A stretch of DNA of 64,000 bases from an uncultured Gemmatimonadales bacterium. GTDB taxonomy: Bacteria; Gemmatimonadota; Gemmatimonadetes; Gemmatimonadales; GWC2-71-9. The translations under genes and the position numbers were made by a program. This document shows positions 42,431-54,754 of this stretch, piece by piece. Positions within the stretch are counted from its first letter, which is position 1. Each line of letters begins with the position of its first letter. The notes beneath the pieces are model-generated. The model worked only from the letters and a program-made list of their open reading frames with translations, had not been told where the DNA came from and did not search any database. Location: contig CAWJIM010000019.1 in assembly GCA_963842945.1 (NCBI GenBank), positions 576,001-640,000 on the forward strand. The letters are read 5' to 3'.

Positions 42431-43912
42431 CTACCCCGCCGCCTGCTGCACCTTCGAATGCCGCTTCCCGTAGAGGAAGTAGATCGCGAGCCCCAGCGCC
42501 ATCCACACGATGAGCCGCGCCCACGTGTCCACCGGGAGGCCGAGCATCAGGTAAAGGCACGCCCCGACCCCTCCGAGCGGAACCAGTGGGACCAGCGGAG
42601 TGCGGAACGGCCGCGGAATGTCCGGGTCGGTATAGCGCAGCACCAACACGCCCGCGCACACGATCGCGAACGCAAGCAGGGTTCCGATGCTGACCAGCTC
42701 GCCGAGCAGGCCGATCGGCAGCAGGCCGGCGAAGGTCATCGCTACGACGCCGGTGAGCGCGCTGGCGACCCAGGGGGTGCGGAACCTCGGGTGCACCGAG
42801 GCGAAGATCGGCGGGAGCAGGCCGTCCTTCGACATGGTGTAGAAGATCCGCGGCTGGCCCAGGAGCATCACCAGAATGACCGAGGAGAGCCCCGCGATCG
42901 CGCCGATCTTGATGATCGGGCGGAGCCAGGCCAACGACTCGCCCGTCGCGTTGATGCCGACGGCGATCGGATCGGGGACGTTGAGCTCGGAGTAGTGGAC
43001 GATACCGGTGAGGACGAGGGCGACCGCGATGTAGAGCACGGTACAGATCGCGAGCGAGCCGAGAATGCCGATCGGCATGTCCTTCTGCGGATTTCGACAC
43101 TCCTGCGCCGCCGTGGATACCGCGTCGAATCCGATGTAGGCGAAGAAGATCACGCCCGCGCCCCGGACGATGCCGTCCCAGCCGTACTTCCCGGGGCCCT
43201 CCGCCGGGGGCACGAACGGCGTCCAGTTATCGGCGTTCACGTAGGCGAGTCCGAAGGCGATGAACAGCAGCACCACGGTGAGCTTGACGACCACCGCGAA
43301 GTTGTTGAACGTCGCCGACTCGCTGATGCCGATGATCAGGAGAATGGTGATGAGCCCGACGATGAACATCGCCGGCACGTTGAGCACCGCGCCCGTCGCC
43401 GACCACCCCTCCGTGAACAATCGCCAGACGTTGAGGCCGGCGTCGGCCGGCGTGGTGTGGATGTAGGGGGCCGATGTGTATTCCGCCGGGATGACGATGC
43501 CCAGGTCCTTGAGGAACGACACCGTGTAGCCCGACCACCCCACCGCGACGGTCGAGGCCGCGAACAGGTATTCCAGGATCAGGTCCCACCCGATGATCCA
43601 GGCGAACAGCTCACCCAGCGTGGCATAGCCGTAGGTGTAGGCCGATCCCGCGATGGGGATCATGGCCGCGAACTCGGCGTAGCACAGACCGGCGAAGGCG
43701 CAGGCGGTGCCGGCCAGGATGAAGGAGATCACGATCCCGGGGCCGGCGTAGTTGGCGGCGGCCTGGCCCGTCAGCACGAAGATTCCCGCGCCGATGACCG
43801 CGCCGATGCCGAGCAGGACCAGGTTGACCGGTCCCAGCACACGCTTGAGGCTTTGATCCGCGGCGAGCTCGGCCTGGAGCGCGGACACATCCTTGCGACG
43901 GAAGAGGCTCAT
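42431..43912 (-). CDS. APC-family amino acid permease (CAT-like)
   Basis: [39 protein letters not shown]. Confidence 0.93.
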   Translation of the reverse strand: MSLFRRKDVSALQAELAADQSLKRVLGPVNLVLLGIGAVIGAGIFVLTGQAAANYAGPGIVISFILAGTACAFAGLCYAEFAAMIPIAGSAYTYGYATLGELFAWIIGWDLILEYLFAASTVAVGWSGYTVSFLKDLGIVIPAEYTSAPYIHTTPADAGLNVWRLFTEGWSATGAVLNVPAMFIVGLITILLIIGISESATFNNFAVVVKLTVVLLFIAFGLAYVNADNWTPFVPPAEGPGKYGWDGIVRGAGVIFFAYIGFDAVSTAAQECRNPQKDMPIGILGSLAICTVLYIAVALVLTGIVHYSELNVPDPIAVGINATGESLAWLRPIIKIGAIAGLSSVILVMLLGQPRIFYTMSKDGLLPPIFASVHPRFRTPWVASALTGVVAMTFAGLLPIGLLGELVSIGTLLAFAIVCAGVLVLRYTDPDIPRPFRTPLVPLVPLGGVGACLYLMLGLPVDTWARLIVWMALGLAIYFLYGKRHSKVQQAAG

Positions 43913-44023
43913 GAGACGCTCGTCGATTGTGGGAGCTGTGGGGGACTGCGCGAAAACCGCGTCGTGACGCGCGCGAGGGATGCGAGTCCCTCTCGCGATT
44001 CACCTGATCCGCTTCACCGCCTG

Positions 44024-46252
<2,229 letters not shown>

Positions 46253-46294
46253 TCACGGTAGGGCCGGGTCCTCCCCGCGTCTGTGACGAGTGCC

Positions 46295-47773
46295 CTAAGC
46301 CGTCTGCCGCCCCCGCCAGATCAGATACACCGGGATCCCGGTCGCCACGATGAGCAGTCCGGGCCAGGTGTAGAGTGGCTTCTCGAACAGCAGGATCACC
46401 ATCAGCGCGCCCACCGCCAGCAGGTAGAGCCCTGGCAGGACCGGGTAGCCGAACGCCTTGACCGGCCGGGGGAGGTCGGGTCTGAGCCGCCGCAGGCGGA
46501 AGAGCGCGATGGTGGTGAGGAAGTAGAAGACCAGCGCGGCGAAGATCACGTAGTCCAGCAGCTGGCCGTAAGTCCCGCTGATACAGAGGACCGAGGCCCA
46601 GACCGCCTGGGCCCAGAGACCGAAGACCGGGGTGCGGTGCTCGGGGTGGAGCTCGCCGGCCCGCTCGAAGAACAGCCGGTCGCGCGCCATGGCCCAGTAG
46701 ACGCGAGGACCGGCGAGGATCAGCCCGTTGTTGCACCCGAAGGTCGAGAACAGGATCGCGATCGCCATCACCGCCGCTGCGCCCGCACCGAGCGCGACCT
46801 CGATGGCCGCGGTGCCGACCCGGTCCTGCGCCGCGTGCTGGATGCCGCGGGCGAGCGCGTCCTGCCCGCTCGGATCGCCGTAGAAGGGCAGCACGTTGAG
46901 GTAGGCTACGTTGGTCAGGATGTAGAGCAGGCTCACCAGCCCGGTGCCCACGGCCAGCGCCATCGGCAGGTTCCGGCTCGGGTTCTGCACCTCCGCGGCG
47001 GCGAAGGTCACGTTGTTCCATGCGTCGCTGGAGAAGAGCGAGCCGACCATGGCCGCGCCGACCAGCGGGATCATCGCCAGGGTCCAGTCGCCCGTGCCCC
47101 AGAAGTCGGCGAAGTTGGCGGCCGCGACGGCCGGCTGGCGGAAGAGGGTGAGGCCGCAGATCACCAGCACCGCGAGCGCGCCCGCCTTGGCCACGGTGAA
47201 CACCGTCTGGATCGCCGCGCCGAGCCGCACCCCGCGGACGTTGAGCCAGGTGAGGAGCAGGATCGAGAGGATCGCGACGACGCGCTGCGGCGAGAGGCCG
47301 AGCTGGATTGCGTCGGGCGCGCCGGGCAGGCGGACTTGTCCCAGCGGCAGGAAGACATCGGGGCTCACCGACGGCACCAGCACGCTCAGGAAGCGGGCGA
47401 AGGCCACGGCGACGGCGGCGATGGTGCCGGTCTGGATGACGGCGAAGAGCGTCCAGCCGTAGAGGAACCCCGCGGCCGGTGAAAGGCCCTCTCGGAGGAA
47501 CACGTACTGTCCTCCGGCCTTCGGCATCATCGCCGCCAGCTCGGCATAGGAGAGTGCGGCGATCACGGTCATCAACCCGGTGATGACCCAGACCAGCAGG
47601 AGGCCGCCGGGCCCCCAGGGCGAGACCTGGCGGCTGATATCCGCCGAGACGATGAAGATCCCCGAGCCGATCATGGATCCGACCACCAGGGAGATCGCGG
47701 CCAGCGGACCGATGCCGCGGATGAACTCCGTGGATGGCACAGTCTTGGGCGCAGTCTGGGCGGGAGCCGCCAT
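46295..47773 (-). CDS. APC-family amino acid permease (LAT-like)
   Basis: GSMIGSGIF, YAELAAMMPKAGGQY, DAWNNV, GPRVYWAMARD. Confidence 0.92.
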   Translation of the reverse strand: MAAPAQTAPKTVPSTEFIRGIGPLAAISLVVGSMIGSGIFIVSADISRQVSPWGPGGLLLVWVITGLMTVIAALSYAELAAMMPKAGGQYVFLREGLSPAAGFLYGWTLFAVIQTGTIAAVAVAFARFLSVLVPSVSPDVFLPLGQVRLPGAPDAIQLGLSPQRVVAILSILLLTWLNVRGVRLGAAIQTVFTVAKAGALAVLVICGLTLFRQPAVAAANFADFWGTGDWTLAMIPLVGAAMVGSLFSSDAWNNVTFAAAEVQNPSRNLPMALAVGTGLVSLLYILTNVAYLNVLPFYGDPSGQDALARGIQHAAQDRVGTAAIEVALGAGAAAVMAIAILFSTFGCNNGLILAGPRVYWAMARDRLFFERAGELHPEHRTPVFGLWAQAVWASVLCISGTYGQLLDYVIFAALVFYFLTTIALFRLRRLRPDLPRPVKAFGYPVLPGLYLLAVGALMVILLFEKPLYTWPGLLIVATGIPVYLIWRGRQTA

Positions 47774-47804
47774 ATCGCCTCGGCGTTGGGCTGTTAAGGA
47801 GCCA

Positions 47805-47871
47805 TGTCACCCTGAACGAAGTGAAGGGGACCATGCCTGAGATGGCCCCCTTCGCTGCGCTCAGGGTGACA
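47805..47871 (+). repeat. Palindromic repeat element copy 5; contains stop of 47861-48232
   Basis: TGTCACCCTGAACGAAGTGAAGGGGACCATGCCTGAGATGGCCCCCTTCGCTGCGCTCAGGGTGACA. Confidence 0.93.
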
Positions 47872-48232
47872 ACTTTCGACTGTCGGTATCCAGCTCTATC
47901 GGGGGGGTGACCGTCGGCGAGCGCTTGGTGGCGTCCTCCGCCGCCTTCACGGCCTCGTCCATCACTGCCTGGCCCGCCGCGGCGAGGCCCTTCATCACCT
48001 TCGCGGCCCCATCCACCAAACCCATCGTGCCGCTGATCGCCTGGATCGGCAGCTTGCCGGCGCGCATCGTGTCCTCGACCGTCTCGGTGAGCTTGGCGAA
48101 GATCCCGCCGGGCCGCGCGCGCTCCGCGTACTTGCTCTCGAGGAACTCGATGTAATCGAGGATCTGATAGCCACGATCGTCGCTCAGCGCGTCCAGCGCC
48201 CGCGCGATCCGCTGCTTGAGCAGGTCGTTCAT
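47861..48232 (-). CDS. Hypothetical helical protein
   Basis: GGAGG upstream; protein-like composition (QILDYIEFLESKY). Confidence 0.75.
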   Translation of the reverse strand: MNDLLKQRIARALDALSDDRGYQILDYIEFLESKYAERARPGGIFAKLTETVEDTMRAGKLPIQAISGTMGLVDGAAKVMKGLAAAGQAVMDEAVKAAEDATKRSPTVTPPIELDTDSRKLSP

Positions 48233-48236
48233 CGGC

Positions 48237-49322
48237 TCATCCTCCTGCCCGGGCCAGACCCGGGGTGGCGACCAGCTCCGCCACCGGCGTGGCGAGATAG
48301 CGGGTCCGCGCCGCCTTGAGCGTCACTCGGAGCGTCATCTCGTGCAGCGACGGCAAAGCCCGGAATTCGGCGACCCGATCGGGCGGGATCATGACGTAGA
48401 CGAACCCGGCCTCGGGGAGTGGACCGCGGGTCAGGAGGTAGGGCTGACCGGACGGCATCTCGGGCCGCAGCTCGTCGGCGAGCTGCACGGCGATGATCTG
48501 CAGACGCCAGTCGAGCGTCTGGCCCACGAACTTCTCCGGCGTGGCCCGGACCTCGGCCGCGGTGATCCCGGCGAGCACGCCGGCCTGCGCCGGCTTGACG
48601 TCCGCCTCGGGGACCCAGCCCTCGACCTGCACCCGCACCCAGGCACCCGACCGACCGATCACCCGGGCCGGCGTGCCCGCCGGCAGCGTGGTCACCGCGC
48701 CGCTGTCGGGCAGGCGGCTCAAGCCCGTCTCCCGCAGCATCTCTACCCCTTCCGTTGACGCAGGTGCCGGCGCGGCCGTTGCGGTCCGGGCGACTGCGGA
48801 CCCGCTGTCAGGCCGCGCGGCCGTCCGCCGGTCCGCCTGTCCGCCGGTCCGCCCCTGCCGTCGCGTCGTATCCGCCACCTTCTTCGCCGGCACTGCCTCC
48901 CGCGGCACCCACCCGTCCCGCCGGACCCGGAACCACTTGCCCCGCTCGCCCACCCGCTCCAGCAGCGTGCCCTCCCGGGCCCGGCCCACGATGGGGCCAT
49001 TGGGCGCCTGGCGGAGGTTCTCGCCTTCGTCCGAGGTCACCACGAGGTCGAAGCCATCGCGCTGGGTGGGGGAGGTGGACGGCCGGTAGATCCAACCCTC
49101 CACCCTGACCTGGCGCCAGTCGCCATCGGACTTCCCGGCCTCCACCGGGGCGCCGGCCGGAAGGGAGACGAGCGGGGTGCCGTCGGGATCGCGGTGGAGA
49201 TCGGCGGGGGCCTGGAGTTCCCGCTCCTCCTGCGCCCAGGCGGGTCCGGCGAGGAGCAGAAGGGCCACCACGCAGGCTGGTAGCTGGCTCAGGCCGGGAC
49301 TAGATTGCGGCGCGTAACTCAC
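48237..49322 (-). CDS. Secreted protein with three bacterial SH3-like repeats
   Basis: Signal peptide ending AWAQ; repeats WRQVRVEGWI, WFRVRRDGWV, WVRVQVEGWV. Confidence 0.7.
   Translation of the reverse strand: MSYAPQSSPGLSQLPACVVALLLLAGPAWAQEERELQAPADLHRDPDGTPLVSLPAGAPVEAGKSDGDWRQVRVEGWIYRPSTSPTQRDGFDLVVTSDEGENLRQAPNGPIVGRAREGTLLERVGERGKWFRVRRDGWVPREAVPAKKVADTTRRQGRTGGQADRRTAARPDSGSAVARTATAAPAPASTEGVEMLRETGLSRLPDSGAVTTLPAGTPARVIGRSGAWVRVQVEGWVPEADVKPAQAGVLAGITAAEVRATPEKFVGQTLDWRLQIIAVQLADELRPEMPSGQPYLLTRGPLPEAGFVYVMIPPDRVAEFRALPSLHEMTLRVTLKAARTRYLATPVAELVATPGLARAGG
48822..48853. repeat. Tandem octamer NGTCCGCC x4 in a protein linker
   Basis: CGTCCGCC GGTCCGCC TGTCCGCC GGTCCGCC; same family as 32768-32799. 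Confidence 0.75.
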
Positions 49323-49330
49323 AGTCCGGC

Positions 49331-49359
49331 ATTGTAGAACACGCGGAGATCCATGTCAA
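49331..49359 (-). promoter_or_regulatory. Near-consensus sigma70 promoter of the SH3 gene, overlapping the gpmI start
   Basis: TTGACA-17 nt-TACAAT, 8 nt before GTG 49322. Confidence 0.75.
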
Positions 49360-50903
49360 ACGGACGTCCCCGGAACCGGGTTGTCCTGGTGGTTCTGGAC
49401 GGCTGGGGGTACCGGCGCGAGCGCGAGGGGAACGCCATCGAGCTGGCCTCCACTCCCATCTGGCACCGGCTCTGGGAAGGCTTTCCGCGCACGCTGCTCG
49501 AGGCCAGCGAGCTGGCGGTGGGTCTCCCCGAAGGTCAGATGGGGAACAGCGAGGTCGGCCACCTGAACATCGGGGCCGGACGGGTGGTCCCCCAGGACCT
49601 GGTCCGCATCTCCCAGAGCATCCAATCCGGTGAATTCTACCAGCTTCCGCCGCTGGTCGAGCTCTGCGCCAGGCTGCGGGAGACGGGTGGCACCCTCCAC
49701 CTCGCCGGGCTCCTGGGGCCGGGCGGCGTCCATGCGCTCGACCGGCACCTGCTGGCCTGCGTCGAGCTGGGCGTGCGCCATCGGGTCCCGGCCATCGCCA
49801 TCCACGGATTCCTTGACGGACGCGACTCGCCGCCGACGCTGGGCGCGGAGGTGGTTCGCACCCTGCTCCAGGACATGCGGCGGATCGCGGGATCGCGGGT
49901 CGACGTGGCGTCGCTGACGGGACGGTACTACGGGATGGACCGGGACCGGCGCTGGGACCGCACCAAGCTGGCGTACGACGCGATGGTCCACGGCGTCGGC
50001 ACGCCGGTGGAGCATCCGGTGCTGGCGGTTCAGGCCGCGTACCAGCGGGGTGAGACCGACGAGTTCATCAAGCCCCTGGTCCACCACCGCAGCGGCAGGC
50101 CGGTGGCCGTGATGCAGGACGGCGACGGGGTGCTGTTCTTCAACTACCGCAGCGACCGAATGCGCCAGATCGTCGCCGCGCTGACGCTGGAGAACTTCGA
50201 AGAGTTCGAGCTCGGCTCCCGACCCCGGCTCTTCGCGGTCACGATGACCCAGTACGACCAGACCTTTCCGATTCCGCAGGCCTTCCCCCCCTTCAGCCTG
50301 GCCCGGATCCTGGCGCAGGTGCTCGCGGATCAGGGCCGCACCCAGTTTCGGACGGCGGAGACCGAGAAGTACCCCCACGTCACCTACTTCTTCAACGGCG
50401 GCCATGAGCCGCCCTATCCCGGCGAGGAGCGCCGCCTGGTGCCGTCGCAGCGGGTGGCGACCTACGATCTCGCGCCCGAGATGAGCGCGAAGGGCATCAC
50501 CGACGTGCTCTGCCGGACCATCGAGACCGGAGACCACGATTTCCTCCTGTGCAACTATGCGAACGCCGACATGGTCGGGCACACCGGTGTCCTCCCGGCG
50601 GTGATCAAGGCCGTCGAGACGGTGGATGGGTGCCTCGCACGCGTCCTGTCCAGCGCGGACAAGGCGGGCTGCCGCGTCCTGATCACGGCGGATCACGGGA
50701 ACAGCGAGATGATGATCGACCCGGTGACCGGCGGCGTACACACCGCCCACACGACCAATCCGGTGCCGTTCGTCGCGGTGGGGACGCAGGCCGCCAGCCT
50801 GCGGGCAGGCGGCTCCCTGCGCGACGTGGCGCCGACGGTGTTGCGGCTGCTCGGGCTCGAGCCGCCGACGGACATGACCGGCCGGGATCTGAGGGAGTGC
50901 TGA
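49353..50903 (+). CDS. gpmI: 2,3-BPG-independent phosphoglycerate mutase
   Basis: LDGWG, GQMGNSEVGH, DGRD, AETEKYPHVT, NADMVGH, TADHGN, HTAHT. Confidence 0.97.
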   Translation: MSNGRPRNRVVLVVLDGWGYRREREGNAIELASTPIWHRLWEGFPRTLLEASELAVGLPEGQMGNSEVGHLNIGAGRVVPQDLVRISQSIQSGEFYQLPPLVELCARLRETGGTLHLAGLLGPGGVHALDRHLLACVELGVRHRVPAIAIHGFLDGRDSPPTLGAEVVRTLLQDMRRIAGSRVDVASLTGRYYGMDRDRRWDRTKLAYDAMVHGVGTPVEHPVLAVQAAYQRGETDEFIKPLVHHRSGRPVAVMQDGDGVLFFNYRSDRMRQIVAALTLENFEEFELGSRPRLFAVTMTQYDQTFPIPQAFPPFSLARILAQVLADQGRTQFRTAETEKYPHVTYFFNGGHEPPYPGEERRLVPSQRVATYDLAPEMSAKGITDVLCRTIETGDHDFLLCNYANADMVGHTGVLPAVIKAVETVDGCLARVLSSADKAGCRVLITADHGNSEMMIDPVTGGVHTAHTTNPVPFVAVGTQAASLRAGGSLRDVAPTVLRLLGLEPPTDMTGRDLREC

Positions 50904-51625
50904 TGGGGGTATGGGAACGCGTCGGGAAACGGAGTGTCACCCTGACCCCGAACGCAGTGAGGGGGAAGGGGACCATATCGGGCATGACCCCCCTCGCTAC
51001 GCTCACGGTGACAGTGACACTGGCGCTGGCGCTGCTCGCGCCGGGGGCACTCTTGGCCCAGGTGGGCCACCCACCGGGGAAATCGCCCTATCGCGACATC
51101 CGGAAAGGCCACACTTTCACCCCATTCGCCGCGTTTTTCGCCGGCGACGGGGGCCGCTTCGGGGTCGCGCCCCACGACGGCTGGGTCTATGGGTTCCGCT
51201 ACGACATCCGCACCGGCAGCACCATCCAGATGGGACTGCTCCTGGGTCATGGGCAGATGGAGCGGCGGATCCTAGACTCTCTGGTCGCGGGGGGGCAGGT
51301 CACGGGAACGGTGGACCAATCCACCACGTTCGTCGAAGCGGATCTCCAGTTGAACCTCACAGGCGGCAAGACCTGGCACCGTCTCGCGCCGTTCATCGGG
51401 GCCGGCATCGGACTCGCCTGGGCGGAAGAACCCGACCGGGGCTTCGAGCTGGGCACCAGGTTCACCTTTGCTCCGCACGCCGGTCTCCGCCTCTTCGTCA
51501 CCGACCGCATTCACCTGCGCGGCGACGCCCGCGTCATGTTCTGGAAGCTGAACTATCCCAACTCGAGCGAGTGGGACACGTCCGGATGGTACCAGGCCGG
51601 ACTGGGCTTCGGCTTCTCCCTGTAA
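50903..51625 (+). CDS. Outer-membrane beta-barrel protein (alternative start ATG 50984)
   Basis: Signal peptide ending LLAQ, APFIGAGIG strand, C-terminal AGLGFGFSL. Confidence 0.7.
   Translation: MGVWERVGKRSVTLTPNAVRGKGTISGMTPLATLTVTVTLALALLAPGALLAQVGHPPGKSPYRDIRKGHTFTPFAAFFAGDGGRFGVAPHDGWVYGFRYDIRTGSTIQMGLLLGHGQMERRILDSLVAGGQVTGTVDQSTTFVEADLQLNLTGGKTWHRLAPFIGAGIGLAWAEEPDRGFELGTRFTFAPHAGLRLFVTDRIHLRGDARVMFWKLNYPNSSEWDTSGWYQAGLGFGFSL
50935..51013 (+). repeat. Palindromic repeat element copy 6 (degenerate), within the 5' end of the OMP gene
   Basis: TGTCACCCTGA...GAACGCAGTGAGGGG...CTCGCTACGCTCACGGTGACA. Confidence 0.8.
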
Positions 51626-51629
51626 CACG

Positions 51630-52046
51630 ATGCCGGTTACCCTGACCCGGACGGTGGGCTTTCGCGCCGTACACCGCCTCTACCGCGCCGACTGGAGCGA
51701 GGCCCGGAACCGGGACGCGTTCGGCGCGTTGAGCGAGCCGCCGGGCCACCCGCATGACTACCGCTGCGCCGTGACCGTCGCCGGGCCGGTGGATCCGCAC
51801 ATGGCGATGGTGTTCGATCTCGCCCAGCTCGACCGTATTCTTCAGGAAGAGGTGGTGGACCGGCTGGACGGCAAGCACCTGAACCAGGACGTGCCGAGCC
51901 TGGCAGGGACGATCCCCACCTGCGAGGCGATCGCGCTGGCCGTGTTCCGCCACCTGCTGCCGCGTCTGCCTCGGGACGTCACCCTCGAGCGAGTGCGGAT
52001 CATGGAGGACCCCACGCTCTATGCCGACTGCACCGGACTCGACTGA
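51630..52046 (+). CDS. PTPS/QueD-family pterin enzyme with atypical active-site motif
   Basis: FRAVHRL, GHPHDY, GPVDP..MVFDL, LDGKHLN, PTCE. Confidence 0.85.
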   Translation: MPVTLTRTVGFRAVHRLYRADWSEARNRDAFGALSEPPGHPHDYRCAVTVAGPVDPHMAMVFDLAQLDRILQEEVVDRLDGKHLNQDVPSLAGTIPTCEAIALAVFRHLLPRLPRDVTLERVRIMEDPTLYADCTGLD

Positions 52047-52077
52047 GCCCCAGCGGCCGTCCAAGCGCGGGGGCCGG

Positions 52078-52836
52078 ATGTCGGAGCTCGCCGTCGTCGA
52101 GGAGACCGCCGTCTGGCTGGAGGTGAACGGGCGGCCCGCGGTCACCTGGATGTGCACGCCGGAGCTGCTCGAAGAGCTCGCCGTGGGATGGCTGCACGGT
52201 GAGGGGTACATCGACCGGGTGGACGAGGTCCAGCTCCGGCCCTGCGCCACCGACCTCGGCTTCTGGGCGCAGGTGCCGCCGGAGCGAGTGGCGGTGGTGC
52301 AGGCGGAGGGCCGCCGACCTGTGTTGGCATCGGGCTGCGGTGCCGTCTCCACGTTTCTAGCGGAACCCACGACGGTCGAGGGCAGCCCGCTCCGGGGGCT
52401 GCCGCCCCCACCCGAACACCTGCGTGCCCTGTTCAAGGCCCTCTTCGCCCGCGGTGAGCGCTACAAGGACACCGGCGGGATCCACGCCGCCGCGCTGGTC
52501 GAGCCGGCCGCGCCGGGGGCGGAGGCGGATAGCTGCCTGGTCTCCCACGCCGAGGACATCGGGCGGCACAACGCGGTGGACAAGTCCATCGGCGGCGCGT
52601 TGCTCGCCGGGCGGAAGGTGGCGGGGCTCGGGCTGCTGGTGACGGGCAGGATCTCCGCGGAGCTCGCGTTCAAGGCGGCGCGCGCCGGTCTGGCGTGGGT
52701 GGCGACGCCGTCGGTTCCCTCGACCCTCGCGGTGGAGATCGCCCGCCGGAGCGGGATGGTGCTGGTCGGGCGCGCCGTGAGCGGCACGCCGCACATGCAT
52801 GGGGCCGCCGGTCCCGAGACGAAGGACCACCGTTAG
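52078..52836 (+). CDS. fdhD: Formate dehydrogenase accessory sulfurtransferase
   Basis: LAVGWLHGEG, SGCG, TGGIHAA, EDIGRHNAVDK, TGRISAE. Confidence 0.9.
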   Translation: MSELAVVEETAVWLEVNGRPAVTWMCTPELLEELAVGWLHGEGYIDRVDEVQLRPCATDLGFWAQVPPERVAVVQAEGRRPVLASGCGAVSTFLAEPTTVEGSPLRGLPPPPEHLRALFKALFARGERYKDTGGIHAAALVEPAAPGAEADSCLVSHAEDIGRHNAVDKSIGGALLAGRKVAGLGLLVTGRISAELAFKAARAGLAWVATPSVPSTLAVEIARRSGMVLVGRAVSGTPHMHGAAGPETKDHR

Positions 52837-52848
52837 CCGGGAGCTTCG

Positions 52849-53634
52849 ATGCGCATCCGGGATCTCGCAGCCATCGCCGCCCTGCTTGCGTCTCCCTCCA
52901 CCGCGGCCATGGCCCAGAAGACCGGAGACCAGTCACGCATCGTCTTCACCGTCTCGGGCGCGTACATCGGGGGCAAGGGACTCTGGACGGTCCCCAACCA
53001 GCCGGTGCAGGACCCGCCCTTCGTGGACACCTTCAACCTCAATCGAAGCATCAAGTCCAACTTCGGGGCCGGCTTCTCCGGCGCCTACTTTCCCGGCGAG
53101 AACCTGGGCATCACCGCCGACTTCCTGCTTCTCGGCCTCGGCTACGACGACTCCTGCCAGATCGTGAACACTCCGGAGAGTCAGCGCAACCTGGAGGTGT
53201 GCGACGACATCGACGAGCAGGACAAATCCGCGGCCGCGGTGACATTCGCGGTCGGAGTGAACTTCCGCTTGGCGAGCCGCGAGTTCATCTCTCCCTTTGT
53301 CCGTGCGAATGCCGGCGTCCTGTTCGCCAACCAGAGCTCGATCCTGGTGCAGGGTGTGAGCAACGAGGGCGTGCTGCTCACCATCTACGAGGACGAGAAG
53401 CGGGAGAGCGTGACCCCCGCGTTCGCGCTTGGCGTCGGGGCGTCGATGCAGATCAGCCGCGGCTATCACCTGCGCTGGGAGGTCCGCGACAACATCGTGG
53501 GCATCGACGCCGTCACCGGCCCGACCACCGCGCCGCGGTTCGAGCCGCCCCACGAGCAGGTGTTCAAGCACATGTTCAGCGTGCTCATCGGCATCGACGT
53601 GATCCTCGAGCGGGACCGGGGGAGGCGCTACTGA
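52849..53634 (+). CDS. Putative outer-membrane beta-barrel protein
   Basis: Signal peptide ending AMAQ, SPFVRANAG strand, alternating strands. Confidence 0.65.
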   Translation: MRIRDLAAIAALLASPSTAAMAQKTGDQSRIVFTVSGAYIGGKGLWTVPNQPVQDPPFVDTFNLNRSIKSNFGAGFSGAYFPGENLGITADFLLLGLGYDDSCQIVNTPESQRNLEVCDDIDEQDKSAAAVTFAVGVNFRLASREFISPFVRANAGVLFANQSSILVQGVSNEGVLLTIYEDEKRESVTPAFALGVGASMQISRGYHLRWEVRDNIVGIDAVTGPTTAPRFEPPHEQVFKHMFSVLIGIDVILERDRGRRY

Positions 53635-53642
53635 GCGGCGGC

Positions 53643-54281
53643 GTGCGGGGCGCGATCCTCGCGGGCGGCGGCGCCACGAGATTCGGCGGCCGCCCGAAGG
53701 GGCTGGAGACAGTCGGCGGCGAGCGGATCCTCGATCGCCTGGTGCGGGTGATGACGGCGGCCTTCGGCGGGCCGCCGTTGCTCGTTGCCAACGCCCCCGA
53801 GGCGCCGAGCTGGCGCCCGGACCTGCGCGTCGTGCCCGACGTGCGGCCGGGCCTCGGGTCGCTGGGTGGGATCTACACCGCGGTGGTGGAGACCCCCGCC
53901 CCCGTGGTCCTCGTCGCCTGGGACATGCCCTTCGTCTCCGAGGGACTGCTGCGCCGGCTGGGCGAGGGTCTCGGAGCGCACGACGCCTTCCTGCCGCAGA
54001 GCGACGGCCGCCGGGGCCTGGAGCCGCTGTGCGCCGGGTACGGTCCGGCCTGCCGCGACGCCATCGCGCAGTGTCTCGACCGGGGCGATCTCCGGGCCAT
54101 CGCCTTCCATGAGCGCATCGGCGTCGGTATCCTCCCCCTGTCCGAGGTCGCCCGCTACGGCGACCCGGAGGTCCTGTTCTTCAACGTGAACACCGCGGAC
54201 GACCTGGCGCGCACGGAAGAGCTGTGGCGACGAGAATCATCTCCATCATCGGCCGGAAGAACGCCGGAAAGACGACCCTGA
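53643..54281 (+). CDS. mobA: Molybdenum cofactor guanylyltransferase
   Basis: ILAGGGATRFGG.PK, GSLGGI, WDMPF, EPL, FFNVNT. Confidence 0.92.
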   Translation: MRGAILAGGGATRFGGRPKGLETVGGERILDRLVRVMTAAFGGPPLLVANAPEAPSWRPDLRVVPDVRPGLGSLGGIYTAVVETPAPVVLVAWDMPFVSEGLLRRLGEGLGAHDAFLPQSDGRRGLEPLCAGYGPACRDAIAQCLDRGDLRAIAFHERIGVGILPLSEVARYGDPEVLFFNVNTADDLARTEELWRRESSPSSAGRTPERRP

Positions 54282-54754
54282 CGGTCGCCCTGGCGAGCGA
54301 GCTCGTGCGCCGGGGCCACCGGGTCATGACCATGAAGCACGCCGACCACCCCGCCCAGGTGGACCAGCCCGGCGTGGACAGCTGGCGGCACTTCCACGAG
54401 GGCCGCGCGGAGCGGGTGCTCCTGGTGAGCCCCGACATGCGGGCGCTCTTCCACCGCGCGCCCGAGGACTACGATCCGATCGGCCTCGCGCGCGAGTACC
54501 TCCCCGGCGCCGACATCGTCCTGGTCGAAGGCTTCAAGCGGGCGCCCATTCCCAAGATCGAGGTCTTTCGCCGGGCGGTCGCTCCCAGTCCGCTGTACGA
54601 TCCCGCCGGGAGCAACGCGAGCGAGTGGGTGGCGATCGTCACCGACGACTACGGCTTCGATGCCGACGTCCGGATCCTGCGCTTCAACGACACCATGTGG
54701 CTCCAGCTCCTGGCGAACCTGGCCTGGGAGCACGCGCTGACGCTGGAGCCATGA
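54224..54754 (+). CDS. mobB: Molybdopterin-guanine dinucleotide biosynthesis protein B
   Basis: GRKNAGKTT, MKH, PGVDSWRH, LVEGFK. Confidence 0.92.
   Translation: MATRIISIIGRKNAGKTTLTVALASELVRRGHRVMTMKHADHPAQVDQPGVDSWRHFHEGRAERVLLVSPDMRALFHRAPEDYDPIGLAREYLPGADIVLVEGFKRAPIPKIEVFRRAVAPSPLYDPAGSNASEWVAIVTDDYGFDADVRILRFNDTMWLQLLANLAWEHALTLEP

Noticed and set aside
43913..44023. Possible riboswitch upstream of the amino acid permease
   Set aside because: Only a simple hairpin (~43972-43997); no recognisable aptamer consensus.
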